Assembly (NCBI GenBank): GCA_047495785.1
Contig: JBLDXI010000009.1
Location: 2,480,001-2,544,000, forward strand
From: Lepidodermella squamata
Taxonomy: Eukaryota > Animalia > Gastrotricha
Direction of reading: 5' to 3'
DNA length: 64,000 nt
Position numbers and translations under genes: made by a program. This document shows positions 1 through 11,705 of this stretch, piece by piece. The notes below the pieces were generated by a model, which made no database searches, had not been told where the DNA came from, and saw nothing but the letters and a program-made list of their open reading frames with translations. Position 1 is the first letter of the stretch. Each line of letters starts with the position of its first letter.

Positions 1-2054
1 ATCCATTCGGGTGCAATGTAATTGCTAAGGTCCAGGTCTTGAATGACGTTGGCAATGTTGTGCATAGATTCTGTCGCCGTTTTCGAGCAGCACCAGTTGT
101 TTTGAGAGCTTAAGCTTGAGAGGCGGCGTTTGATGGATTGAGTTGAGCGTCGCTTTCGAATTCGCCCAGAAAACCGCCGGATTGAGGACGCTGAACCAAG
201 GGACATTCGCTCCCAAAAAGTATGGCCTCTGGAATCAACGGACGCTCCTTTTCGACTGCGTGCATTGTTGTACAACGGTTTCACGGTTACACCGGGTTTT
301 CGAGAGTCTCTTTCAAAAATAAAAAACGAGCACATCATTGTGTACTTTCGGTTTTGCCATCTTAATTTTAACTAAATCTGAAAAACCCAATTCTAAACCC
401 GTTGGTGTTTTCTCATATCTATTTCGGGAGAGTTCCTTAGTATTTAGGGATCAGGTGCCATTTATTGGTACTCGGCATGACCCGGGGGAGGATGAAACAA
501 AATGATATTTTAATCGATAGTAACCTTAGGGGGACTTCCTGAAGGTACGAAATTAGGAAATTGAAGTTCCGGATAGGATGTGATCCTAAGTTTATGCTTA
601 TCTAACCGCCGGGATAGCCATGATCTCAATTGTGGGAAACATCTGAGGTCAGCCTGAATATAATAGGCCGCGGGCCCATCGGGTTGAAAAGCAAGATTGT
701 AGTGATACAACTTACAGTAAGATGTGTATGGCTGCCAGTTGAGCAGCTTCATCCAAACTACACGGCAGCTCGCCGTCTAGAATCATACGCTGATGACGGC
801 GATACTCACGATCCATGGTCGAATTCTGCCGCTCACAGAACAGCTGTTTTTCGCGTAGTAGATACTCACATTGTTCGATCTCACTGGATTTCCGCTCGTT
901 GAGCACCAGGCCCGTCCTAACCGTGTCATCAGAGAAGGCAACAGTCAACTGCTTGTGGCTCGCCTCCGTCAGCTCGAAAGCGCCGCCACTAGCCTGCTCC
1001 AGCCTGCCACATGACGACGCGGTGAGCAGATCGCCTGGCTTGAGCAAACCCACCGGGTTGGATGAACGCGCGCTACGGCTCTTCGAGTCACTGCTTATTC
1101 GGAAGACAGTTCGCGGGGCAGATTTCAGAAACTCGAAAGCCAACTGAGTCGCAACTGCCGCCTTATTGCTGTATGAAGACGTAGTAACGAGATCTGGCGC
1201 GGAGGACATTTCTTTCACGTCGGTAGCGTTGTTTTTCTTTGAAGAAGACATCGTGCAGTCCTAAACAATGATAACAAGATGCGGTGAAAAAAATTACGCT
1301 AAGCCGCAGGTAATATACATTTTAATTTCCCGCATTTTCCGTACTAAATTTTTCGTCCTTCCGTAAGCTAACTTCCAGGTCGATACGACGTCCTATGCAA
1401 TAATCGGGGACATTGTTGAATATTAAGATTGATTACTTATAACTACAAAAATCCCTGATTTAGGATTACTTCTAATTGCTACAAATAACGTACTTTTTCA
1501 TCGAAGAACTCTTGATCCGGAGTCTCTAGCCTTGTAATTTCGGCCGCCATTTGTAGCTGATGAAAGCTGAATGCCATAGTTGCGCGTGCCCCCAGTTCCG
1601 AATCGCTCGCATTCTTCTTCCTCGATTGCCACTCAGGTTTGCTCTTCGAACTGCCCAGCCAAGTCGGTAACCCCCAAAGACTGCTTCTGAGAGACTGGCC
1701 TTTCCCCTCAGATTCGCTCTCCTTACTCCTGAATATTCGGAAATAGCGTCGTCGGAGCCGCTTCGGGATTCGAAATGAACAGGGTGGAGCATCGACCGAG
1801 GAAGAAATTGTGCCGATCGACTTCGAGTTCCTTTCCACGATACCGCTAGTTTTGTTTAGCCGCTCGACACGACTCTGATGTGGCATCATGGCCGTCTTCC
1901 TATGCCGAGAACGAGACCCGGTCTGACTTCTCCTGATATTACCTAGGTCTTCGATACTTGCCATGCCGATATCAGCATTTGATATATCAATGCTCTGCTG
2001 TTTAACCACGCACCGTTTGGTTTTCTTAGGTTTACTGCCAGGGTCGGGCTCCAT
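1..2054 (-). CDS. FERM-domain protein, 5' portion (runs off the window start)
   Basis: Spliced model with consistent phases: 2054-1494, 1260-716, 309-<1. It gives ...YRRHQRMILDGELPCSLDEAAQLAAIHILL...DLDLSNYIAPEW, resembling the FERM central (B) lobe. Confidence 0.6.
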
Positions 2055-3502
2055 CGATTTCGAAGATAGTAGATAAACAATTAGAAACAATTAGTATAGT
2101 CTAGATAAACCCAAGAGAATTTAATTCGGGGGTTGTATTCAAATATTGGCCCTTGATGGTAAATATTCATGACAATGAGTGCATTGACAGCAATAAATTG
2201 ACCTAAAAAATCTGAGAATTAAATCAAAGACTATGATTAAAATTGAATCAAATTTCATATTTTTCACGCATCGCTCTATTATGAACTTGACCTAAGCCGT
2301 GGATAGGTTATATCCATCCTAAAGGTCACTCTGGGTGTAAACCATGCCATCCTAATTGGTGTTGGCTCACCATATGAGCGATGCGTGAATAATCGAACAT
2401 TCAATTTATTGAGATTTTAAACCCACTGACCAACCTAGTGCATATAAAGTGCATTTAGAGTACGATGATCTTTGACTTGCGGTTAATACTAAAATTGCAT
2501 AGATAACTATCGAAAATGCTAGATAGGTATATGAATATACGCATCGAGAGGTCTTCTATCGCCAATAATTATAGTCAATGCGAAGCAATTTTTTAGCTAA
2601 ATACGAAAAAAATTCAGCCGAATACCTACTGCGACATAGCTGTCAAGTCGATTTATCTCTATTTCGCGCGCTTTCCTATCACTCTCCGGAGCATGCATCC
2701 CCCGATTCGTGTATCGCTCAACTATTATCGCATATTATTTGAGTATTATTTCCCTCAGGTTTTTTTCACGCCTATCTATTGTAATACTTCCTGATTCGCT
2801 GAATACACTCGTCCTCGCAATCGATAATAAGGGCTCATCTTAATATCTCATAGCTGTATATTTTTCTGATAGAGCTACCTATTAAAATTGAGAGACGGAC
2901 TTCAGTACACTTCGCATTATCAAAAAGGCGTGAGTTTTTTTTCGCTTGGCCCACTTGAGCGGCTTCCGGCTTTTAAAATTACGCGCGACAAGATAATTCA
3001 CTTTAAAAACGAATGTTGAATGGAAATAAAACTGAAAATATATTATTTAAGGTAGAATTCCTGAAAAAAACCATCATTACTTTAAACTGAGAACAATTGA
3101 TTTCAGGTTATATGCCTATATTATATTGATTGCGCGATCCCGCACCTAATATATGATTGAAAGCGTAATAAAATTGTGCCGAGTTTCATGATCAGCAAAC
3201 CTTTTCCTTTGCCAGCAGAGAAATCAATAGGAACAGCTAAATCCATATCAGCGGGGAGTAATGCCACAATTACTTAACCTCGTTTTTCCATTCACACTTT
3301 GGAGAATATTGATCCTCCTTATAATACGCCGATTTCACAATTCTAAACACCTCTCAGTTTCAAATTTTATTTGGCATAAAGAATCATTTAGAGATTGAAA
3401 GCTGATGACGTTGGAAGCTTGGTGCTATTGATAAGACAATCTCATCAGATGAGTCACGTGATAACTGTCGAGCATGATGCGAAAAAGCTGAGTTGTCGAG
3501 CT

Positions 3503-3727
3503 TTATTTAGCAGCGCAGTTGCACGGATTGCATGTGCATGGGTTGCAGCAAGCGCACGATGACGGCTTGTTGGCGGCAGTCGAGCAATTGCAAGGATTGC
3601 AAGAGCATGGGTTGCAGGCACAGGCGGCCGTCTTATTGGCCGTGCTGCAGCATCCGCCAGCTGCTACCTTCGACGCACACTGGCACGGGTTGCAGGAACA
3701 CTTGTCACAGGCACAGCAGGAAGGCAT
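3503..3727 (-). CDS. Metallothionein, 74 aa, 22 Cys
   Basis: No aromatic residues, CxC/CC clusters, five CNPC motifs. Splice-acceptor-like tttccag 5 nt before the ATG; AATAAA downstream (~3367-3372). Confidence 0.88.
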   Translation of the reverse strand: MPSCCACDKCSCNPCQCASKVAAGGCCSTANKTAACACNPCSCNPCNCSTAANKPSSCACCNPCTCNPCNCAAK

Positions 3728-4355
3728 TTTGGCTGGAAATTAAGAAATATCGAGCAAAAAATCTATAATAAAAAAGACACCAATTAGTAAGTATAACTGG
3801 CCCCAGAAAGGATTGAAGCATTGGTAATTGAGAATTTTCCAACATTTAAATACAAAAGAAGCTTCTAGAATGAAGCCGTGAGTAGTGTTGTTGTCGACTA
3901 TAAGACGGTAAATGTTGAGAGTAATGAGAGAAGCATTAGAAAACAAATGCCTAGTACACACCGAGCTGGTGTTTAAATAAGCTTGAACTTGACGTAAACA
4001 TACACGAGCGAAATTCGCGCTGTTTACTCAGATCTCTCGACAACAGAAGTTGGAATAAGACAGAACAAAGTTAAGAAAACGCGGGACTCGTCCTCTCTAG
4101 CGAAAAGCCTGTAGCGTCCATCTTTAAAATGTTATTAAAATTCAAATTTTGATAAAGATTGTAATAAATTGTTATGACCAGCTTGAAAACGTGGGGCGAT
4201 CGCGTGTGGTATGAGGTGGCGCGTGCTCAGAAATTTGTGGAGCATCTGATAATCGAACAATAAGGCGCATGAACTATTATTTTTTTGTTAACCCCGCTAT
4301 TGTCCGAAACAAACACTCATGCGTAAAATTTTCGAAAAATTCCAGAAAAAGTATA

Positions 4356-4921
4356 CCGTATTTGCCCGAAAATAAGCCGGGTCCCAAATACAAGCCCGTG
4401 GGCTTCTATTATGGGGCGGGCCTTTATTCGGGTACCAAAATTGAAATCAAAACCTGCGGCCAACTCGCATAAGTAATTCACTGAATTGCAATATTTTTCT
4501 TTGTTCAACAATAAATTCTACTGAAATTGATCGAATTTTTCAAATTGAAATGACTCAGATTCTCCGTTATTGCAAATGCTAATTCGTTATGAAAACTGGC
4601 AGCATTCGTTATGAAATCGCAAATTTTATTATTCATACCTGTGAGGGTTGCATGCCAGCTGATATTGTTTGATGTTTTCCAACGTGATTTTATCCTGCTA
4701 GCGTCAGGTTTAAATGGTTGAAATGACGAATAAAGGTGTAAGTATTAAATCTTGTTTTTTTTAACATTGTTGGTCGTTTTCGCTGCCAAAACTCAAAAGT
4801 ACTTTCATATAAGCCCGGGGCCCTAATAGAAGCCCGGGCTTTTATATTTTTTTTGTTGAAAACGCTATAATTTCGAAATAGTACCCTAATATAAGCCGGG
4901 CTTTTATTCGGGCAAATACGG
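4356..4921. mobile_element. Non-autonomous Tc1/mariner-type (pogo/Tigger-like) MITE, 566 bp
   Basis: TA|CCGTATTTGCCCGAAAATAAGCC at the left end and GGCTTTTATTCGGGCAAATACGG|TA at the right end: terminal inverted repeats with a TA target duplication. Subterminal AAGCCCG repeats; no transposase. Confidence 0.8.
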
Positions 4922-6506
4922 TAGTATAGTAAAACACCCTATGATCGTGAATCACTGCATGCCTAAAGTGAACAAAATTTGTGTAACGGGATGCTGCTAA
5001 TGCTGAGTAATGGAAAAAAAACTCTGGCGACGAGAACTCTGTGAACTTTGAACCGTGAACGATTTTTTCGTGAACATCGGGTCGAATTCGCGTGTTTTTT
5101 ACTCAATCCGATGTATGTGAACGGAGTCAAAATTTCACAGACCACATTTTTACTCAACGAAAGAAAATCATTTTCATAAGCGATCAATTCACAAAAATTG
5201 TTTCTCCCGGTTTTCCAAATACGTACTACATCAAATTTGAAATTTATCGATTTATCGATTTTTGGTGATTTTTCCACGACTTCGTTAGAGAGGTCCATTT
5301 GGGGCCCCTTTCTAGATTTTGGTGGTGAAAGAAAATTGCATGAAAATCGGTTGATGTTGACAAGTCGTCCACCTGAAAAACAGGAAAAACAGATATTGGA
5401 TAATTTTGGAAAGTATAAAATTGCGGCTACGCAAATTTGTTTCCGAAATTGGGCCCGAAGGGTCGATAAAAGCTAAAAACTCACAATGCCATTTCGTATG
5501 CAAATGAGTGTGCAAAATTACCCGTCCAACTTTATGCAAAAATCAGAAAATTGATATAAAATCCCTAAAAAATCAGAAAATCACCAGAAATTGTCCACTA
5601 ATCAGAAAGCGCCCTAATATACCAATTCATACCAATTCTCAGAATACTTTGAGCAGAAATAAATTCTCTGGAATTAAAAAAGTTTATTTCCACGGTATTG
5701 ACTGGACTCCAGAAAAAAATCCATGCTTTTGGTAGATGAATTTCGTTGTTTGTAGATGAATTAGTGTGAATTTGGCATGAATTCAGATTGAAAATGGAAA
5801 TTGGTGAATTAGGATACTCCCAGGGCCCCAATTGAGGGGAATTCACAAGCTCAAAGCACACCCAATTATGGTGATTCTTTTCTGGTGAGTGAAAATGGCA
5901 TCATGGCATCGAATATTTTTTTATGAATAATTTTTTGCATTTTTCAATATAACGGTATGAAGAAAGCATAATTAACGGTAACATAGTTGCGATGACGCGA
6001 ATAAAATGGTGTCGCGTACTTTCTTTCACCTGTCCCTATCGGTTGCTGATCCGAAAAATCAATGAAATTATGTTTTTTCACGCCTTATATGAGCTTTCTA
6101 TGGCTGGGCTCTACGGCACACACCGCGGCGTAAAAATTGGGTCAATCGAGTGGCAATCAAGCCCTCTAATTATGTGATATTCATTAGCATCAAAGTACTT
6201 TCAAGGACGTCGAATAATCGATATTAGAACCTCATGTCTTCCTGATATATCCTGAACGAGCAAACAATCCGAATGTTGAATAATTATGCTAATAAACTGT
6301 CTCAAGTTGTCTTGCCGTAGTATGGAAATAAATATTAATCGAAAATACAACTGCGTTTTTTTGAGACCTTCCAATGTCATCACCACCAGCAAAAAATATT
6401 GCCGAAACCACTGATCCGTTGCATTAATGCTAAGTAAGTGGCTATCTTCTGGTATCGGCAACATGCTAAAATTCCAATACCATTGTTATCACATCGTCAT
6501 TTTGAG

Positions 6507-6831
6507 ATGTTTCCTTTTATTTTGCACTCAGCTCTCGCCGAGCAGATGATACTGGCCACACTGGCCGGCGGCTTGTTTTTCGTCATGGTCATCGTGCTTG
6601 GCTTGTTCTGGCAGAGATACGAGAAAGTTCGCCGCATGCGATCGTCCATCATCATTCCGACAAAGGGCCAGCCTAAACATGTTCGTATCTATGTGAAACC
6701 GTTCGGTAAAAGCCGGCGTTTGTGCTCTCCTAACCAAGACAAATTTAATTAATCCGCCTTATATTTCAGAATTCAAAATAGGCGCTCCTCTCTTCTCGAC
6801 TCCTCAAACAACCGGCTCGAATCAAAATTGA
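6507..6831 (+). CDS. Hypothetical small single-pass membrane protein (2 exons: 6507-6705, 6770-6831)
   Basis: Hydrophobic helix ILATLAGGLFFVMVIVLGLFW followed by basic residues. A phase-compatible gtaaaa...tttcag intron; AATAAA at ~6876. Confidence 0.4.
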
Positions 6832-7070
6832 AAATCTCATTTTTCCTATTCATTCCTTTTGAATCATTGATGTGGAATAAAATATTGTCCTATAGGCCTA
6901 CACACTTTTCGAATTACGTCACTTGGTGAGGTTCATCGCGAACATTTCATGGACGGATGGAGGATATTAAGAGGGGGACATGCACATGCAGGAAATTAGA
7001 TTACAACGCGACAGGGAGCGTCTAAAAGCCTCGCATCGGTTCATTTTCTCGAAGAACGCCAACTTTTGAA

Positions 7071-7442
7071 ATGACCAATTTTGCTTGTCTGGCTGCGATA
7101 CTTTTCGTCGTGATCGCTTCACTCTGGAGCGGTTCAGATGCGTTCAAGCACACGTGTCCCCATCCTAACCCAACTGGTCCGAAATTGGGCATTTGCGGGC
7201 GAGCACTTCTGACAAAGCTGAAGAGCACTTGCGAGGCATTTGGCAGGAACGTTCATTTCGCATCGCCGAAAAATGAAGGCAATGCCAACCAAGCGCCCGA
7301 GTTCAAGCGCCACGTTCGAGATGTTGAATTCAATAAACAATCTGGGGCTAATAGCAACGTCAACTGGACGCCGCAGAACATCATCTGCGAGTGCTGCTAT
7401 AACCAGTGCACAACGCGCGATTTGCTGGCTTTCTGCATCTAA
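7071..7442 (+). CDS. Insulin-like peptide 1, 8-Cys (MIP/octinsulin-type), intronless
   Basis: Signal peptide; B-chain HTC...ICGRALLTKLKSTC; KRHVR processing site; A-chain NIICECCYNQCTTRDLLAFC; AATAAA at ~7499. Confidence 0.92.
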   Translation: MTNFACLAAILFVVIASLWSGSDAFKHTCPHPNPTGPKLGICGRALLTKLKSTCEAFGRNVHFASPKNEGNANQAPEFKRHVRDVEFNKQSGANSNVNWTPQNIICECCYNQCTTRDLLAFCI

Positions 7443-7801
7443 ACCTGATGTTTTGCATATTGTGAGCATGACGAAATTACCTGTCGTGTATCAGTTGTAA
7501 TAAAAACATTGGTCATTTTTGAGCCGCGTTTTTTTTACATTCATCCTTTGACCTTTTGGCAGGATGTTTTCTGAACAGGTATGAGCCAAAACAGGTTTCT
7601 CGCCACGCCAGAGTGAGAACGCGAAGGTCAGATAAAATGTTAATTCAAGTTAAATTTAAATTTTTCAAGTCAAGTTGTAAACATCATCGCCGTCAATTCG
7701 ATCCAGAATTAGCGTTCGAGCTCAGCTATAAATATGATGGAGCAAGCAGTTAAAACTTTATTTATGGTTTTTATAAAATAAGTAAAATTTTTGGATCAAG
7801 C

Positions 7802-8155
7802 ATGCGTTCACGTTTTTCGAGCATTTTTCATTTTGTTTTTCTGGGCGTCTTACTTCTCATTATCTGCGACAACGCTGAAGCTGCGTGGAAACATTACTGC
7901 CCGAGGCCGGTTTGGAATAAAGCTGAATGGAAAGGCGTCTGTGGCAACAAATTGGCGGCATTGGTGAAAAAATCGTGCATCAGTTATTACAGCGCCAATC
8001 CTTCAGCCAAAAGGCATCTTGCGTTCGAGAAAAATGTCTCACGGCTCGTTCGTAGCACCAAAGATTCCTTAACGAGCAACTGGACCCCTTACAACATTGT
8101 ATGCGAATGCTGCTACAACGCGTGTACGATGAAGGATATTTTGGAGTTCTGCTGA
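7802..8155 (+). CDS. Insulin-like peptide 2, 8-Cys, intronless
   Basis: Signal peptide; HYC...VCGNKLAALVKKSC; KR and RLVR sites; NIVCECCYNACTMKDILEFC; TATAAATA at ~7727. Confidence 0.92.
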   Translation: MRSRFSSIFHFVFLGVLLLIICDNAEAAWKHYCPRPVWNKAEWKGVCGNKLAALVKKSCISYYSANPSAKRHLAFEKNVSRLVRSTKDSLTSNWTPYNIVCECCYNACTMKDILEFC

Positions 8156-8958
8156 ATCCTGATAATAATAATTTCGAAAACTTTGTTTCAATTTTACAGA
8201 GCCTATAACTTTTTGCCACAAATCAGTCAACCTCCTTTGTCTCTAAGTATTTCCTTTTCAATCCTCTTTCGATTCAACCAATTATCTACCGTAAATGTCG
8301 GATTTTGTAGATGGACATTTCTGGAGGAATAAAATGCTATCTCAGTCCAATAGATGACCTTGAATGTTTGGAAGGATTCCAACGTCTATTCATGCTACCC
8401 TTATAGTTCGGTATTTAGGGTAAATTTCAAAGAAAAAGAAGCTATGTAGTATGGCCATGATGCTGTCGTACAGATGGTCGCCACTTGAATTTCAATAAAA
8501 TAGTTCACAATAAAAATGGCATTGGGTCATTGTTATTCAAAACGTCTGATGAATCATCTGTTGAACCCGCTAGTTTTTTGACGATTACTTATCCGTCATC
8601 TCTATTCTTTATCCGATGGAGTTCCTATCTTTCTTATCTTCAAGCTCGGTTGTTCCAAGATGAATTTATGGTAACTAACTTCATTATAAATTTTAACGAA
8701 CGTACTTTTATATCGCTAACACCTTTCTGAATTATCAGTAAAAAGAATAAGGTGGACGCATTGAATTGGCTAAATAAATGATGAAATGTGTGCTCATGAT
8801 GATGATTCATTTACAAACGCTGGTGGGTCTCATTTGCGATTCAGAGCATCGGATGCTATGCGGAATAAAATGCGGGGTGTATACGTTGGTTCCAGTATAT
8901 CAGTTGTTTCAGATGAGAGCAGATATTAGCTAATTTTTCTAAACCACCAACATCATCA

Positions 8959-9306
8959 ATGAACGAAATACAGTTTAACAATACGTTGGATCCGTTCAAT
9001 GAAACGGATCCTGATGCTAAGGGAGTCGACACTCAAACCATCCAGCAGGAGCCGATTCATATTCGAATTCAACAAAGGAAAGGCCGCAAAACGCTGACGA
9101 CAGTTCAGGGAATCAACCCTGCGTACGATCTGAAGAAAATTGCCAAGTACTGCAAGCGAGAATTCTGCTGCAACGGAACGGTGGTCGAGCATCCAGAATT
9201 CGGCGATGTCATTCAATTTTCTGGCGACCAGCGCGATAACATCAAAGACTTTCTTATTAAAATAAAATTAGCATCCGGCAGCCAAATAAAGGTTCACGGC
9301 TTCTAG
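8959..9306 (+). CDS. EIF1: Translation initiation factor eIF1 (SUI1), divergent, intronless
   Basis: DPF...IHIRIQQRKGRKTLTTVQG...CNGTVVEHPEFGDVIQFSGDQR...KVHGF is the SUI1 signature. Confidence 0.93.
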   Translation: MNEIQFNNTLDPFNETDPDAKGVDTQTIQQEPIHIRIQQRKGRKTLTTVQGINPAYDLKKIAKYCKREFCCNGTVVEHPEFGDVIQFSGDQRDNIKDFLIKIKLASGSQIKVHGF

Positions 9307-9595
9307 ACATTTTCACTATCAAAAAGATGCCATATGTTCACTTTTGGCAATAATAAAACGTTATCGCGATGAACTCGGTGAGTGTGCTAACGACTTCATG
9401 AGAATTGAGTCTATAGCGAATATATATAAGCTGAATCATTTTCAATTTTTTAGTATCTGGTAACAGGATCTGACGTGGGAATTTTTTTATCATACGTAGT
9501 TTTTTTGTCAGTAAACAAGCGATAATATGAGTAACGAGAGGGCGGCATATAAACTGCTTCTATAAACGGAAACATCCCAGTCCGAAATTCTGCAA

Positions 9596-9892
9596 ATGGT
9601 ACCTATTAAATCATTCATTTTCTTCGCAATTCTGATCGCGATTCCAGTTGCGGAAACATATCGCCACTACTGCCCCCATCCGAGGAGGCCACCGTACTAC
9701 GGCATCTGCGGTAATCATTTGATGAAACAGATCAGCGATATATGCCGAGTGTACCGAGGTCCTGGCTACACGTTGCCACCGAACTTTCTGCGCACTTCAA
9801 CTGGCAAGAAAAAAGTCTGGAAGCCGCAGAATTTGCTGTGCGAGTGCTGCTACAACGCCTGCTCTGCCACTGACATCATGCCTCATTGCTGA
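9596..9892 (+). CDS. Insulin-like peptide 3, 8-Cys, short C-region
   Basis: Signal peptide; HYCPHP...ICGNHLMKQISDIC; NLLCECCYNACSATDIMPHC; TATAAA at ~9548 and 9561. Confidence 0.92.
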   Translation: MVPIKSFIFFAILIAIPVAETYRHYCPHPRRPPYYGICGNHLMKQISDICRVYRGPGYTLPPNFLRTSTGKKKVWKPQNLLCECCYNACSATDIMPHC

Positions 9893-10198
9893 CATGAATA
9901 TTAACCCGGGTTAATCAGAACTCAGAACTATTCCTTGTTGTTTTGCACTTAGTGTAATTAATGATTATTTTTCGACTCAAAATAAACAGCATGAAATGTC
10001 TGAATTAGAGGGTTATAATGTCATTTTTTGTCAGTATATCTTGACAAATTGTGATTTAATTCGCCCCCTGCGCCTACTTCGAGGTGTGGGCTAGTATTAT
10101 CAATTAACTCACTAAGCCACTGTCATCCCTTGTTGCTGCTGTCTCAATGCGCATATAAATATCGACACAGGGCTGATTTTTTTTCGAAAAACAAATCA

Positions 10199-10516
10199 AT
10201 GTCAAAACGCCAGCTTAATTTACTCTCTTCTTTTTGGCTTTTCCTGTTCGCGTTGCTGCTGTTTTTGCCAGAACACGCCAGTTCTTATCGCCACACGTGC
10301 CCACACCCGCGCCGGCCCCCCTACGACGGCATCTGCTCGCTGCGACTGCTGACCTGGATCAAGGAGATATGCCGAACTCACCGCCCGAACGCGAGGCGAA
10401 ATCACCTATTCCCGCGCTCAGCTCAAATTAACGCCGATGTTTGGCAACCTCAAAATGTCGTTTGCGAGTGCTGCTATAATAAATGCTCGGCAAGAGACAT
10501 TTTAGAAATTTGTTAA
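10199..10516 (+). CDS. Insulin-like peptide 4, 8-Cys, close paralog of ILP3
   Basis: ATG at 10199 downstream of TATAAATA (~10154); signal peptide; HTCPHPRRPPYDGICS...EIC; NVVCECCYNKCSARDILEIC. Confidence 0.9.
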   Translation: MSKRQLNLLSSFWLFLFALLLFLPEHASSYRHTCPHPRRPPYDGICSLRLLTWIKEICRTHRPNARRNHLFPRSAQINADVWQPQNVVCECCYNKCSARDILEIC

Positions 10517-11309
10517 CACTTTCTTCACTATTTACCTCACCATTACTGAATGGCGAAATTTGATCTCTTGTATAAACAAAATAAAAGTTCGAATTTACGG
10601 GTATTTACCCTTAAAAAAATTAAAACGGAAGACTTATTTTAGCTGCTGCTTTCAAAACAGAAATAGGAAGCGCCGACATTCTATTTATAACCAGCAGCCC
10701 TATAATGGAGTGTCCACGTGAATAATTTACTCGTAATATACTGAGGATTAGGCCTTTGCCTGGTAAAGTTTGCCATTTGGGTCAAAAAGGTAATAAAAAT
10801 AGATGGCAAAGCGTGAGTCATTTCCAGGTTTTAGAACGAATTTATCGCAAATTTCCGTCGCATTTTTATATAACCCATTCAGGGATGCGCTTTGATGAAC
10901 GGCATCAAGGTGTATATATCGGACAAAGTTCACTCGGAAACGGATGCCGGAAAGTCTCCTGAAGCTTCTTCGACCTCGCTCAGCCTCGATAGTTAAAGCG
11001 CGCAGTTTTAGCGCTCATCGCTCATTGCGTCAACTTTGATGTCATCATAAAACCCTGAATTAAAACTCATTTCTTGATATAACGTAATTTTTTAATTTTA
11101 AATAGTGAACATTGGGTATTCATTTATAAGGATTCTATTGACACGCGTGTTTTTTCCAAGGGATGTGGGCTAATCCAGTTTCTACGAATTAGAACACGGT
11201 GAATCATAGCGCCGGATTACTCCGAATCCTTTTTCATTATTGGCAAGACTGATATCATTCATTTAATTTTTCATTTTACGAATATAGACAATTTTGCTAT
11301 ATATCAAAG

Positions 11310-11705
11310 ATGTTGACATCTACTCGATCTGCTTTATTCCTCGCTTTCATGTTCGTGATTTTCGTCAATTTTCGCCGCGTGGCTGGCGAAGTAAATTGCG
11401 AAAATCAGCTGCCTTATTCTTCTTCTTCGTCAAGCAATCAGCAATCAGCCGAAATGTGCAGTAAACGGTTGGCAATGACGCTGCGGCACGTTTGCAGGCT
11501 CTTCGCGCCTGCCAAGGCTATGATCGAGTCGAAACTCGCTTCGTCACTTCCTGGTTCAAGTCGAAAAAGTTCGACCGTCGTGAAAATGACACGGAGCGAA
11601 CGGCGGAAGGCGCGAAATCAAGCCGTGAAGGAAAAGCACGAGCGGCTTAAGTGCGAATGCTGTTCTAGGGCCTGCGACACTGCTACCCTGATCAAGTATT
11701 GCTGA
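11310..11705 (+). CDS. Insulin-like peptide 5, 8-Cys, most divergent member
   Basis: Signal peptide; VNC...MCSKRLAMTLRHVC; basic C-region; LKCECCSRACDTATLIKYC. Confidence 0.85.
   Translation: MLTSTRSALFLAFMFVIFVNFRRVAGEVNCENQLPYSSSSSSNQQSAEMCSKRLAMTLRHVCRLFAPAKAMIESKLASSLPGSSRKSSTVVKMTRSERRKARNQAVKEKHERLKCECCSRACDTATLIKYC

Noticed and set aside
10130-10198. Longer N-terminus for ILP4 given in the ORF track
   Set aside because: It starts at TTG and spans the TATA box; the ATG at 10199 gives a proper signal peptide.
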